DNA of 32,000 bases from Opitutales bacterium (GCA_049606355.1 JBMYVL010000006.1:90001-122000), one strand, 5' to 3'; positions 11,301 through 23,010 are shown, counted from the first letter of the stretch. Translations and numbers: made by a program. The notes: generated from the sequence alone by a model not told the origin.

Positions 11301-11332
11301 AACGCTCCGAGTTTAACTCGGAGCGTTTTTTT
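11301..11332 (+). terminator. Rho-independent terminator closing the ribosomal/rpoA operon
   Basis: Perfect 11-bp stem aacgctccgag / ctcggagcgtt with a 5-nt loop, followed by a run of T. It begins 29 nt after the rplQ stop. Confidence 0.8.
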
Positions 11333-11438
11333 GTCCCGGATATCCTAGCAAGGGTAATGCGGCGAGGCTGCCGAACGTCGATCTAGGCTCGAAAAAGATC
11401 GAAATCTGCAAAAAGCTGGTAAAGCATTCTTCGTTATT

Positions 11439-12563
11439 ATGCCCCGTATCTACCTTTCCCCTCCAGAGATCAGCCCGCAGGATCATGCGGCCTTGGATGC
11501 GGTCTTGACGTCCAACTGGGTGGCGCCGGTTGGCCCGGATTTAGCCGCGTTCGAAAGCGCGCTGTCGCAACGGGTGCAGCGCCAACATGCGGTGGCGTTG
11601 AACTCGGGGACCGCCGCATTGCACATGGCACTACAAGTTCTTGGCATCGGCCCCGGGGATGCCGTAGTTTGCCCGACACTGACTTTTGCCGCCAGTGCCA
11701 ATCCGATTTGTTACTGTGGGGCGGAGCCGATCTTCGTCGATAGTGAGACCTCGACCTGGAATATGGATCCCGAGCTGCTGGAGCAGGTGTTGCTTGAGCG
11801 CACGGATGTGAAGGCGGTCATCGTGGTACACTTGTATGGCCAATGCGCGGCCATGGATGCAATCGCCGCCCTTTGTGAGCAGCACGGTGTGCCCTTGATT
11901 GAAGATGCCGCCGAGGCACTGGGTGCTCGTTATCGAGGGCAGCCTGCTGGGTCTTTTGGTGCGCTCTCCTTTGTTTCGTTTAACGGGAACAAAATAATCA
12001 CGACGTCGGGTGGTGGGATGCTGCTGGCCGATACGCCTGAATGGATCGAACAGGCGCGCTATTTAGCGACACAGGCACGCGAACCGGTCCTCCATTATGA
12101 GCACAAGGCGATTGGCTTTAACTATCGTTTGAGTAATGTGCTGGCTGCTTTGGGATGCAGCCAACTGGCGGATCTGGATCGTCGCATAGCTACCCGCAAG
12201 GCACATTTTGAAGCCTATCGAGCCGCGCTATCAGATTTGCCCGGCGTTGAATTCATGCCGATTTGTGCAAGCGGTGAGCCCAACTATTGGTTGACCTGTC
12301 TCACCACCCATCAGGTCTCGCGTGACGTCCTTCTCGATGCCTTGCAGGCGCAGTCGATTGAGGCGCGCCCGTTATGGAAACCCTTACATCAACAACCGGT
12401 CTTTGCGGACTGCACGGTGGTCGGAGGTGCCGTTGCGGAGCAACTCTTTGAACAGGGACTCTGCCTACCCAGTGGGTCTTCGTTGAGTGACGAAGCGCGC
12501 GATCAGGTGATTGCGACAGTACGCGCTTGTTTTAACTCCGATCGTATCGAATCCTCCTTGTAA
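11439..12563 (+). CDS. DegT/DnrJ/EryC1/StrS-family PLP-dependent nucleotide-sugar aminotransferase (PglE/WecE-like)
   Basis: 374 aa. SFNGNKIITTSGGGML contains the PLP-lysine motif of this family. N-terminal LNSGTAALHMAL and DAAEALG motifs are also present. Confidence 0.88.
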   Translation: MPRIYLSPPEISPQDHAALDAVLTSNWVAPVGPDLAAFESALSQRVQRQHAVALNSGTAALHMALQVLGIGPGDAVVCPTLTFAASANPICYCGAEPIFVDSETSTWNMDPELLEQVLLERTDVKAVIVVHLYGQCAAMDAIAALCEQHGVPLIEDAAEALGARYRGQPAGSFGALSFVSFNGNKIITTSGGGMLLADTPEWIEQARYLATQAREPVLHYEHKAIGFNYRLSNVLAALGCSQLADLDRRIATRKAHFEAYRAALSDLPGVEFMPICASGEPNYWLTCLTTHQVSRDVLLDALQAQSIEARPLWKPLHQQPVFADCTVVGGAVAEQLFEQGLCLPSGSSLSDEARDQVIATVRACFNSDRIESSL

Positions 12564-12564
12564 T

Positions 12565-14457
12565 ATGGCGCTCACTTGGATCACCCCGCATCAAAATCTG
12601 CGTAGCCTGGGCTTGCTGCTGACGTACACGCTGGTGGCATCCATCAGCTATTGGCTGGCCTATGAGTTGCGTTTCGATTTCAGCGTAACCGAACAGTATG
12701 CCGGTGTGCGCACAGCTACGCTGTGGTGGGTGGTGCTGCTCAAGCTTATGTTGTTGTCCGCCTTTGGGCAGCTGAATTGCGTCCTCGCCTATTTTCGTCT
12801 GCCCGATGCACTGCGGCTTTTTACCGCGCTCTTTGTCGTCGCCCTGATTCTGGTCTCCATGTGGTTTGTGTACGGAGGCAGTGGAGTACCGCCGCGCTCG
12901 GTGATTCTTTCCGATTTTCAAATGAGTTTTTTGATCCTCGCGACGCTGCGGGTCTTCTTTCGGGTGCGGTCGAGCCACAGTCTTGCCGACTGGTTGACTT
13001 CGAAAGATGCGGTGAATGTCGTGATAGTCGGCGCCGGCGAAGTGGGCGCGGGTTTATGTGCGGAATTGTTGTCAAAGGCACGGCTTGGCATGCGGGCAGT
13101 GGCCTTTGTGGATGATGATGCGCAAAAGGTCGGGCGCTATGTGCATGGCATCCCCGTCGCTGCCGCGGTCGATGAATTGGCTCAGGTGGCGAAGCGTTAT
13201 GCGGCATCCAAGGTGGTGATTGCCTTTCCCTCGGCATCCCTACGGCGCACTCGAGAAGTTGCCGAACTGGCCCGCTTGGCTGATTTGTCGGTAGAAATTG
13301 TGCCGGCACTCTCGGACCTCGTCAGTGGTCGGGCGGAAATCACACAACTACGTCCCGTACAATTGGAAGATTTGTTGGGGCGTGAGCCGGTGGATTTGAA
13401 CTCGACCGAGATCGAGTCGATGCTTGCGGGCAAGCGCGTGTTGATTACCGGTGCAGGCGGCAGTATTGGTAGCGAACTCACCGCACAGGTATTGGCATAC
13501 GCACCAGCAGCCCTGCTTTGTTTGGATCAGGCGGAGATGGCGATCTTTAACTTGCAGCAAGAGGTTCTGCAGGGTCGGGCCAATGCGGTGAGCGTCGAGA
13601 CTCAAGTCCTGGACGTCGGCGATCGCGCGAGCATGCAGGCATTGTTTGCCAGCTATCAACCCGAGGTGGTGTTTCATGCGGCCGCACACAAGCACGTGAA
13701 TTTAATGGAGCGGCAACCCGCTGAGGCCTTGAAAAATAATTTTGTCGCCACCGCGCAACTTGCAGCGATCGCCAGTGCCGCGCAGGTCGAACGCTTTATT
13801 CTGATTTCAACGGATAAGGCGATCAACCCGACGAGTGTCATGGGCGCCAGTAAGCGCCTTGCCGAAGTGGCCGTACAGGAACAGCAAGCTGCCGAGGGGA
13901 ACCGCACCCAGTTTCTCGCGGTGCGCTTCGGTAATGTATTGGGCTCGTCGGGTAGTGTGATCCCGATTTTTCGCCGTCAAATTGCCATGGGAGGTCCGTT
14001 GACGGTGACCGACCCAGAAGTCACGCGTTTCTTTATGACGGTGCAGGAGTCGGTGGGCTTGGTCTTGCAAAGTGCAGCGCAAGGGCAGGGCGGTGAAATC
14101 TTTGTCCTCGATATGGGCGAATCGATTAAAATTGTGGATGTCGCTCGACAAATGATTGCCCTCAGTGGCTTACAGGAAGGGCGCGATATTGATATCGATT
14201 TTGTAGGGCTGCGCCCGGGGGAGAAGCTTTATGAAGAAGTGCAACATTTGAATGAGGTCTTGCAGCCGACCCATCACCCGCGCATTCGCCGTTTTGTCGG
14301 TAGTGCACCCACCGGCAGCTCCACTCAAGCGATCCTGCAAGAATTAGACCGTGTATTGGCGGAAAATGATGGGCAGCAGATCAAGACGACGATCCAAAAA
14401 TGGGTGCCGGAATACCAACCTTCGGTCGCAAGCACGCTAGCCGAATCGCTTAGTTGA
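12565..14457 (+). CDS. Membrane-anchored nucleotide-sugar 4,6-dehydratase/epimerase (PglF/CapD/WbpM family)
   Basis: The ATG at 12565 lies 1 nt after the upstream stop; the track start at 12511 overlaps the previous gene. It has N-terminal hydrophobic helices, the Rossmann motif VLITGAGGSIGSEL, and STDKAINPTSVMGASKRLAE, typical of CapD/PglF. Confidence 0.88.
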   Translation: MALTWITPHQNLRSLGLLLTYTLVASISYWLAYELRFDFSVTEQYAGVRTATLWWVVLLKLMLLSAFGQLNCVLAYFRLPDALRLFTALFVVALILVSMWFVYGGSGVPPRSVILSDFQMSFLILATLRVFFRVRSSHSLADWLTSKDAVNVVIVGAGEVGAGLCAELLSKARLGMRAVAFVDDDAQKVGRYVHGIPVAAAVDELAQVAKRYAASKVVIAFPSASLRRTREVAELARLADLSVEIVPALSDLVSGRAEITQLRPVQLEDLLGREPVDLNSTEIESMLAGKRVLITGAGGSIGSELTAQVLAYAPAALLCLDQAEMAIFNLQQEVLQGRANAVSVETQVLDVGDRASMQALFASYQPEVVFHAAAHKHVNLMERQPAEALKNNFVATAQLAAIASAAQVERFILISTDKAINPTSVMGASKRLAEVAVQEQQAAEGNRTQFLAVRFGNVLGSSGSVIPIFRRQIAMGGPLTVTDPEVTRFFMTVQESVGLVLQSAAQGQGGEIFVLDMGESIKIVDVARQMIALSGLQEGRDIDIDFVGLRPGEKLYEEVQHLNEVLQPTHHPRIRRFVGSAPTGSSTQAILQELDRVLAENDGQQIKTTIQKWVPEYQPSVASTLAESLS

Positions 14458-15343
14458 GCTCGACCGAGTCTTTCGGATCAAAAGCATCCCGAAGCCCATC
14501 GCCGATAAAATTCAGCGCCACCAATGTGAGCGAGAAGACGACTGCGGGGAAGATGAGCAACCACGGGTAAATGTCGATTTTACGTGCGCCTTCATTGATC
14601 AGGATGCCCCATGAGCTCATCGGTGGTTGCACGCCCAGTCCCAGAAAGCTCAACACGGATTCGAGCAGAATCACTGCGGGGATCGTTAAGGTCGTGTAGA
14701 TAATCACCGGCCCGATTAAATTGGGCAACAGGTGTCGCGTGAGTCGGCGCCAATGGCTGCTCCCCGCCAGTTGTGCGGCCTCGAGGTAGGCCTGTTGGCG
14801 CAGTACCCGAGTCTGGCTGCGTACAATGCGTGCCATGGTCAGCCACTCGACCAAGCCAATCGCCATGAAAATTAAGAAGATACTCTTTTTATCAAAGGTG
14901 ACGGTCAGGATGATCACAATCATGGTGAACGGCAGCGCGTAGACCGCATCGACAAAGCGCATCAGCAGCGCATCGGTGCGCCTGCCGCTATAGCCGGCGA
15001 GCAGTCCGTAGCTCACCCCGATGATTAAGGCCACCGCGGTCGCGGCGAACCCGACACCGATCGAAATACGTCCGCCGATGAGGATACGGACCAATAAATC
15101 GCGACCGAGATCGTCGGTGCCGAGCCAGTGTTGCAGCGTCGGCCCATGGGCACCATCGATGAGATCTTGCTGCTCGTAGCCATAGGGGCTGAACAATGGG
15201 CCGATCCAACACAGCAGCGTGATGCCGATGAAGAGCGCGGCGCCGATACGCGCCATGCGGTTGCGCTTGAAGCGATTCCATGCGTCCCGCTCCAGAGAGT
15301 ACGTGGCCGCTGGGTCGAGCTCGTTGCGACGCGGTTTAATCAT
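14450..15343 (-). CDS. Peptide/nickel-type ABC transporter permease (OppC/DppC-like)
   Basis: 297 aa, multi-TM, with the binding-protein-dependent transport EAA-like region AAQLAGSSHWRRLTRHLLPN. Confidence 0.9.
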   Translation of the reverse strand: MIKPRRNELDPAATYSLERDAWNRFKRNRMARIGAALFIGITLLCWIGPLFSPYGYEQQDLIDGAHGPTLQHWLGTDDLGRDLLVRILIGGRISIGVGFAATAVALIIGVSYGLLAGYSGRRTDALLMRFVDAVYALPFTMIVIILTVTFDKKSIFLIFMAIGLVEWLTMARIVRSQTRVLRQQAYLEAAQLAGSSHWRRLTRHLLPNLIGPVIIYTTLTIPAVILLESVLSFLGLGVQPPMSSWGILINEGARKIDIYPWLLIFPAVVFSLTLVALNFIGDGLRDAFDPKDSVELN

Positions 15344-16253
15344 GGCGGGTGCGTGGTTGCATCCACAGTTGCAGGAGGTCGACGATGAGATTGAACAGAA
15401 TAATCAGTACTGCGTAAAACAGCACGGTACCCATCACCATGGTGTAGTCTCGATTGAGCGCCGCATTCACAAAGAAGGGGCCGAGGCCGGGGAGGAAGAA
15501 AATAGTCTCCACCACAAACGAGCCACTGATCAGCCCTGCCGCAGCGGGCCCAGTGTAAGTGACTACCGGCAACAGTGCGGTGCGCAGGGCATGCCGGTAA
15601 ACGACCATGGCGGCGCTCAAGCCCTTCGCCCGCGCGGTGCGAATATAATCCTGCCGCAATACATCCAGCATGCCGCCGCGCGCCAAGCGGGCGATGTATG
15701 CGGCGTAAAGCAAACTCAAGGTGAGCACCGGGAGGACGCGATCGCTGGCCGTCGCCCAACCGATGGGGTTGAACCACTCGAGCTGGAGGCTGAAAATAAG
15801 CACTAGAATCGGCCCCAGCACAAACGAGGGCAGGCAGATGCCCACCATCGCAAGCCCCATCAGTGCCGTCTCGGAGCGCTGTTTATGGCGCAGCGCAGCC
15901 AGCGTGCCGATGGGGATGCCAATCAGCAGCGCCACCAGGAGTGCCCATAGCCCCAGTTCCAGTGATACCGGGAAGGATTGCCCGATGATTTCCTGCACAT
16001 CCCAACCCGCGTATTTATAGGAAGGCCCTAAGTCACCCCTGAGTACATTTGCAAAAAACTGGACGTATTGCACGGGGAGCGGCTCGTTGAGGCCGTAGTG
16101 CGCTTCAATTTGTGCTTTGATCTCGGGTGCCACGGGTTTCTCATCGTCAAACGGCCCTCCGGGGGCGACACGGAGCAAGATAAAGGTGGCGGTCGCGACC
16201 AGCCACAACGTCGGGATGGCCTGCAGTAGGCGTCTGGCGATGAAGGCGATCAC
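15336..16253 (-). CDS. Peptide/nickel-type ABC transporter permease (OppB/DppB-like)
   Basis: MIAFIARRLLQAIPTLWLVATATFILLRVAPGGPF is the hallmark OppB/DppB N-terminus. The gene overlaps its neighbours by 8 nt and 4 nt. Confidence 0.9.
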   Translation of the reverse strand: MIAFIARRLLQAIPTLWLVATATFILLRVAPGGPFDDEKPVAPEIKAQIEAHYGLNEPLPVQYVQFFANVLRGDLGPSYKYAGWDVQEIIGQSFPVSLELGLWALLVALLIGIPIGTLAALRHKQRSETALMGLAMVGICLPSFVLGPILVLIFSLQLEWFNPIGWATASDRVLPVLTLSLLYAAYIARLARGGMLDVLRQDYIRTARAKGLSAAMVVYRHALRTALLPVVTYTGPAAAGLISGSFVVETIFFLPGLGPFFVNAALNRDYTMVMGTVLFYAVLIILFNLIVDLLQLWMQPRTRHD

Positions 16254-17872
16254 TGTAGGTCGACTGCTTGGTAAGGGTGAATATCCAGGATGCTGGGGTA
16301 CCAGCCTTGCACGGAGGGGTGGATTAAGCGACTGGTGACATAAAAATAAATAGGGATGACCGGCATCGCTTCGATCAAGATCTGTTCGGCACGTTGAAAG
16401 AGCAGGTGGCGTGCTGCGGGGTCTTGGGTGTGCGCGGCTTGCTGTAGTAAGGCATCATATTCGGCGTTGCTCCATTGGGTATGGTTGTTGCCGTTGTCGG
16501 ATTCCCCGAGACTCAGGAAGGTATTCGGATCGTCGTAGTCGCCAAACCATGCGGCGCGTAGGAGGTCGAACTCGCCGGCTTCACGTGTGGACAGATACGC
16601 CTTCCATTCCTGATTGTGTAATTCGATGTCAATCCCGAGCTCGGTCTTCCACATTTGCTGGATGGCCACCGCGATCGTGCGGTGGGATTCACTGGTATTG
16701 TAGAGTAACTCAAAGGTGGGGAAGCCGGCGCCATTCGGGTAGCCGGCTTCGGCAAGTAATTGCCGCGCGCGCTCGGGATCGTAGGCGAAGCGTGCTTGCG
16801 CTTGATAGCCGCCGGTATTTGGCGGCGTGAAATGATAGGCAGGTGTTTGCCCGGCCCGCAGGATGTGCTCGGTGATTTGCTCGCGATGAATCGCATAGGC
16901 CAAGGCCTGCCGTACCTTTGGATTATCCAAGGGAGGGCGCGCAGTATTGAGCATGTAATAATAGACCCCGAGTGCGGTATCGAAACGCAGGCATTCGGGC
17001 CGATGTTTGCGATACCAATCAATCCGATGCACGGGGACTGTACTGGTGAGGTGGAGCTGCCCGCTGCGGAAGGCGCGCTCTTCGGTTTCAGCTTCGATCG
17101 GCAAAAAATGAAGTCCGTTGAGTCGGACCGTCTCTGCCTGCCGGTAGTACGGGTTACGGGTGACGTGGATCTGGCTATTCAATCGCCAGTCTTTCAATTG
17201 ATAGGGCCCATTGCCGACGAAATGCCCCGCCTTGGTCCACTTGGAGATGCGGTCGGTCATGGCGCCATACTTCAAGACCGTTGGCGGGTGGACGGGCCAC
17301 CAGGTATTATGCGTCATGAGGTTGAGCAAATAAGGCGTCGGCGCTTCCAGATCGATCACCAGCGTCCTTGGGCTGGGCGCTGCGAGCCCGACTTGAGCGA
17401 AGTCGCTCAGCTCACCACTGTGGAAGGCTTTGGCACCACGGATCGGGTACAGCATATAGGCATAGGGCGCACCCAGTGCCGGTGAGAGGATGCGCTCGAA
17501 GGAAAACAGGAAGTCCTGCGCGGTGACTGGATCGCCATTCGACCAGCGCGCTTGCGGGTCCAAATAGAGGGTATAGCGCAGCCCGTCCGGCGAGATGTCC
17601 CACGACTTGGCAACGCCGGGCTCGACCGCCATGGTGACCGGATTGAGCGTGGTCAGCCCTTCGAGCATCGAGAGGAGTACCGAATACTCGGTTAGGCCCG
17701 TGGTGATGTGTGGGTCCAGTGCGGCGGGTTCGGCACCGATCCCGATATACAGTTCGCGATCGCGCGCGCCCCGCTCGACATTTGTCTGTTGTGGGCCACA
17801 TCCGCAGAGCAGGAGCACGGCGCACAAGGCAGTACTGGGTAGGAGGCAGCTCAAGGATCGATTCGGGCGCAT
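16250..17872 (-). CDS. ABC transporter substrate-binding lipoprotein, family 5 (peptide/nickel, OppA/DppA-like)
   Basis: 540 aa with a signal peptide and lipobox (LLLCGC). It is co-oriented with, and overlaps, the two permease genes. Confidence 0.9.
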   Translation of the reverse strand: MRPNRSLSCLLPSTALCAVLLLCGCGPQQTNVERGARDRELYIGIGAEPAALDPHITTGLTEYSVLLSMLEGLTTLNPVTMAVEPGVAKSWDISPDGLRYTLYLDPQARWSNGDPVTAQDFLFSFERILSPALGAPYAYMLYPIRGAKAFHSGELSDFAQVGLAAPSPRTLVIDLEAPTPYLLNLMTHNTWWPVHPPTVLKYGAMTDRISKWTKAGHFVGNGPYQLKDWRLNSQIHVTRNPYYRQAETVRLNGLHFLPIEAETEERAFRSGQLHLTSTVPVHRIDWYRKHRPECLRFDTALGVYYYMLNTARPPLDNPKVRQALAYAIHREQITEHILRAGQTPAYHFTPPNTGGYQAQARFAYDPERARQLLAEAGYPNGAGFPTFELLYNTSESHRTIAVAIQQMWKTELGIDIELHNQEWKAYLSTREAGEFDLLRAAWFGDYDDPNTFLSLGESDNGNNHTQWSNAEYDALLQQAAHTQDPAARHLLFQRAEQILIEAMPVIPIYFYVTSRLIHPSVQGWYPSILDIHPYQAVDLQ

Positions 17873-17924
17873 TATCGCCCTAAGCGCTACCGTTGCGGCC
17901 GCTTGGGTGCAAGGTGATTTGCCG

Positions 17925-19376
17925 CTAAAGTAGTGGGGAGACCAAGTGCACCAAGCGTTCGATCACTTTATTGGGCTGCAAGGAGGTGCTGCGCTGTGCC
18001 TCCTCGTAAGTCATACTGTCGGCGCTGATTTGCTCTGCCCAGCGCGCAAGGCTTGCGATGTCATCCGGACTGTAGTGCAGCAAGCCGATCTCAAAATTTA
18101 CAAACAGCGAGCGCATGTCGATATTGGCAGAGCCAACCAGCGCCACGCGCTGATCGGCGATAATCAATTTCGCGTGCAGCATACGCGGGTGGTAGAATAA
18201 AATTTCGACACCGGCGGCAGCAAGTTGGCGCAAGTAGGTGTGGCGGGCGATGTCGGTGAGCGGATGGTTCGAGCGCAGCGGCACTACCAGTCGAATGCGC
18301 CGGCCGGTATGTGCTTTTACCAGTAGCGACTGAAAGAGGACTTCGTCGGGCACAAAATAGGGAGTTATAATGGTGAGGCTTTGTTGAAATTCTTGGACGA
18401 TGCGTATGAGCGCCTCCCAGAGCGGCTCGTCTTCGACATCCGGACCGCTGGCAATGACTTCGACGCTGCTTTCGCCCACCGGGTCCGGTTGGTAGCAGAG
18501 TGCCGAGTGAAAGGCCTGCACCGGCTGGCGACTGGCAAAGGCCCAGTCGGAGATAAAGGTGCGCGTGAGTGCTGCCACCGCAGGCCCTTGTGTGATCACA
18601 TTGAAATCAACGAAGCGTTGCGGGTCGCAGGCGGCACCCATGAAGCGGATATCGATATTTTGCCCGCCGGAAATCGCCAACCGGTGATCGAAAATCGCCA
18701 GCTTGCGATGATTGCGCAGATTTGCCGAGAAGTGCGGTTGGAGCGGCAGTACCGGCATAAACATGGCGACTTCGCCACCGGCCTGACGCAGGCGGCGACG
18801 CAGCGTGCGCGTGCTATTCCAGCATCCCAGAGAGTCGAGCAGTAAGCGCACACGGACCCCTTCGCGGGCGCGGCGGGCGAGGCGCTCCACGATCGCCAGA
18901 CCGGTGGCATCTTTGCTTAGGATAAAGGTCGCCATGTGGATGGTGTGCTGCGCGTTTTCGATGCACTCACACAGCCGCGCAAAGCCATGCTCCCCATCCG
19001 GCAGTAACTCAAAGTGATTGCCATGGGTCGGGGCTGCGCTCGTACCCACGCAGTGGTCTGCCTGCGCCAATGCCTCCGGCGCGGTCAGCGCGCGCGCTTC
19101 CGCCGTAACCTGCCGCTTGATTCGTGTGATACGGCTGCTTTTGCGCCCGCCGAATAAAAGGTAGAGCGGGACGCCCAGCAGCGGTGCGAAGACAATCAGT
19201 AGCAGCCAAGCGAAGAAATTACTGGGGGTGCGCTTTTCGCTGAAGATGCGCCGCACGATCACCAATGCCAGTACCAAGATGCCGACCGTGGTTAGGTTCG
19301 TCAGCACAAAGCGATACGCGGGTTCCCACCACGAGGCACTCGTGGTCAGCAGCAGCTGAAGGGTGCATTCGACCAT
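17925..19376 (-). CDS. cls: Cardiolipin synthase (ClsA-type, phospholipase D superfamily)
   Basis: Two N-terminal TM helices and two HKD motifs (NHRKLAIFDHRLAISGGQNI and LHAKLIIADQRVALVGSANID). Length is 483 aa. Confidence 0.92.
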   Translation of the reverse strand: MVECTLQLLLTTSASWWEPAYRFVLTNLTTVGILVLALVIVRRIFSEKRTPSNFFAWLLLIVFAPLLGVPLYLLFGGRKSSRITRIKRQVTAEARALTAPEALAQADHCVGTSAAPTHGNHFELLPDGEHGFARLCECIENAQHTIHMATFILSKDATGLAIVERLARRAREGVRVRLLLDSLGCWNSTRTLRRRLRQAGGEVAMFMPVLPLQPHFSANLRNHRKLAIFDHRLAISGGQNIDIRFMGAACDPQRFVDFNVITQGPAVAALTRTFISDWAFASRQPVQAFHSALCYQPDPVGESSVEVIASGPDVEDEPLWEALIRIVQEFQQSLTIITPYFVPDEVLFQSLLVKAHTGRRIRLVVPLRSNHPLTDIARHTYLRQLAAAGVEILFYHPRMLHAKLIIADQRVALVGSANIDMRSLFVNFEIGLLHYSPDDIASLARWAEQISADSMTYEEAQRSTSLQPNKVIERLVHLVSPLL

Positions 19377-19512
19377 GGAGTCAGATTAATCATCGCAGGC
19401 GTTGATATCGAGAACTTTAACGCGGGCGGCGGCTTCGCGAATTCCGGATTGCCCCCTGCGTCGTAGCTGCTTGACTGCAGCACGTCGGCACCACGCCGCT
19501 CACACATCCATT

Positions 19513-20283
<771 letters not shown>

Positions 20284-20363
20284 TTACACCCGCCGGAGTA
20301 CCCGCGTAGCGATGCGCGCGTCGCCGTGCTTGCCGCCACCCCGGATTCTTGCTAGGCTGTGGC

Positions 20364-21167
20364 ATGTCCGCTCCTCGAAAGCTGCGCCTGATGACCCTTA
20401 ACATTGCGCATGGGCGCGGGCTATCCACCTATCAGGGCTTCCACCGGGCCGCGGGTATTGAGCGCAACTTGCGCAAGATCGCCTCCTTGCTCCAGCAGCA
20501 GCGCCCGGATGTCGTGGCACTACAGGAAGTCGATGCCGACTCGCATTGGAACCGGCGGATCCACTTGCTCGATTTTCTCAAAGCGGCGGCGCAGTATCCA
20601 CACAGTTTTCTGGGGATTCACAATCGCCGACACGGGCGCTGGCCATTGGCTTACGGCAATGGCGTCCTGTCGCACCATGCGATCGCGCGCGTCGACCAGC
20701 GGGCATTCGGAACTGCCGTGTTGGGCGAGAAGGGCTTTCTTTATACAGAACTACGGCTGCCAAGTGGCCAGTTGCCAATCATCAATCTCCACCTCGATTT
20801 TCGTTCGCGCCAGCGACGCATCCGGCAAGTAGAGCAGCTCATCGATTACCTGGAGGCGCGCCCGCAAGCAGAGGCCGCGCCGCCCTTTCTGCCACCGATT
20901 ATCTGCGGTGACTTTAACAGTCGGCGCACGTGCAGGCGCGATGCGGTTCGCCATCTATGGCACTACCTCTTACAAACGCACGCTTATCAACTGCTGCCCA
21001 GCGGTGGTAAAACCTTTCCATCGCTGCTGCCCCTGCAGGGTCTCGATTTCATTTTTGTGCCTCCGAGCTATCGGGTGACGCGCTGCGAAGTCTTGCGCTG
21101 CTATGTAAGCGATCACCGTCCGGTCGTGGTGGATTTACAGCTGGCGGCTTCGGACAGCATGGGCTGA
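20364..21167 (+). CDS. Endonuclease/exonuclease/phosphatase (EEP) family protein
   Basis: LMTLNIAHG, VVALQEVD, CGDFN and SDHRPV are motifs of the EEP fold. The ATG at 20364 is preferred over the TTG at 20349. Confidence 0.85.
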   Translation: MSAPRKLRLMTLNIAHGRGLSTYQGFHRAAGIERNLRKIASLLQQQRPDVVALQEVDADSHWNRRIHLLDFLKAAAQYPHSFLGIHNRRHGRWPLAYGNGVLSHHAIARVDQRAFGTAVLGEKGFLYTELRLPSGQLPIINLHLDFRSRQRRIRQVEQLIDYLEARPQAEAAPPFLPPIICGDFNSRRTCRRDAVRHLWHYLLQTHAYQLLPSGGKTFPSLLPLQGLDFIFVPPSYRVTRCEVLRCYVSDHRPVVVDLQLAASDSMG

Positions 21168-21227
21168 CTGCCGCACCCTTCGATTCGAAGGTCGACTTGT
21201 GCGGGCGACCGCTGGATAGTGCCGCGC

Positions 21228-21671
21228 ATGTACCGCTATACCCTGATTGTCGTTGGCAAGATGAAGAACCGTGCCTTGGCGGAGTTGTGTGCGGACTATC
21301 TCAAGCGCCTACAGCGGCAGGGTCATTGTGAGCTGGTCGAATTAAAGGACGGGTCGGTCGAAACCGAAGGGCAGCGCATTCTCGAAGCCATTGCCAAGCG
21401 CCGCGATGCGCGGGTGTACGCCTTGGCGGAGGAAGGGCAGGGCTATACCTCGGCTGCGCTGGCCGCTGAACTGCAGGCGTTGCAGGGGCGCCCGGCAGCG
21501 TTTGTCATTGGTGGTGCCTATGGTCTGAGCGCCGCGGTCAAGGCGCGCGCGGATCGCTGCCTCGCACTCTCAGAGATGACCTTGACGCATGAAATGGCGC
21601 GCTTGCTCCTTAGCGAGCAACTCTACCGTACGGTCGCGATTAACAGCGGCTCGGCCTACCATCACAGTTAA
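21228..21671 (+). CDS. rlmH: 23S rRNA (pseudouridine1915-N3)-methyltransferase RlmH (SPOUT family)
   Basis: Aligns by eye with E. coli RlmH along its length (..FVIGGAYGLS......LALSEMTLTHEMARLLLSEQLYR). The ATG at 21228 is preferred over the GTG at 21219. Confidence 0.9.
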   Translation: MYRYTLIVVGKMKNRALAELCADYLKRLQRQGHCELVELKDGSVETEGQRILEAIAKRRDARVYALAEEGQGYTSAALAAELQALQGRPAAFVIGGAYGLSAAVKARADRCLALSEMTLTHEMARLLLSEQLYRTVAINSGSAYHHS

Positions 21672-21675
21672 AGGA

Positions 21676-21751
<76 letters not shown>

Positions 21752-21817
21752 TTAACGGAAGAGGTGAATGTGGAAGGCAACGGGTCTGCGTCAATAGAAA
21801 AGCGGTGGCGCAGCGCC

Positions 21818-21848
21818 AAAAAAAACGCCGCTCCAGAGCGGAGCGGCG
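21818..21848 (-). terminator. Rho-independent terminator downstream of glnII
   Basis: On the minus strand, a 9-bp GC-rich stem (cgccgctcc/ggagcggcg), a 5-nt loop and then a T8 run. It starts 39 nt after the glnII stop. Confidence 0.75.
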
Positions 21849-21886
21849 TGGTTGAAATCGTTGAAGCGAGTTTGGCGCTCGCGCGC

Positions 21887-22921
<1,035 letters not shown>

Positions 22922-23010
22922 TGTACGGGTTGTTGTGTCGATTTGTGACTGTGAAAGGTCTTTGTGACGCCGATGCAGAAATACCGGACGTGTAGGACAA
23001 GCAAGCGTTT

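Noticed and set aside
17873-17924. A sigma-54-like element upstream of the peptide SBP gene; the minus strand reads CGGCAAATCACCTTGCA.
   Set aside because: The GG-to-GC spacing is one nucleotide too long and the leading T of TGGCA is missing. With only 52 nt after cls, co-transcription with cls is the simpler explanation.
21177-21191. A 15-nt palindrome, CCTTCGA-T-TCGAAGG, just after the EEP gene stop.
   Set aside because: As a hairpin it would have a 1-nt loop, so effectively a 5-6 bp stem, and no T-run follows. That makes it a poor intrinsic terminator. There is no second copy in the window to suggest a protein-binding motif.
21767-21794. A possible sigma-70 promoter for tRNA-Ala; the minus strand reads TTGACG-N16-CACATT.
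   Set aside because: The -35 is good, but the -10 matches only 3 of 6 positions. This is too weak to annotate without 5'-end data.
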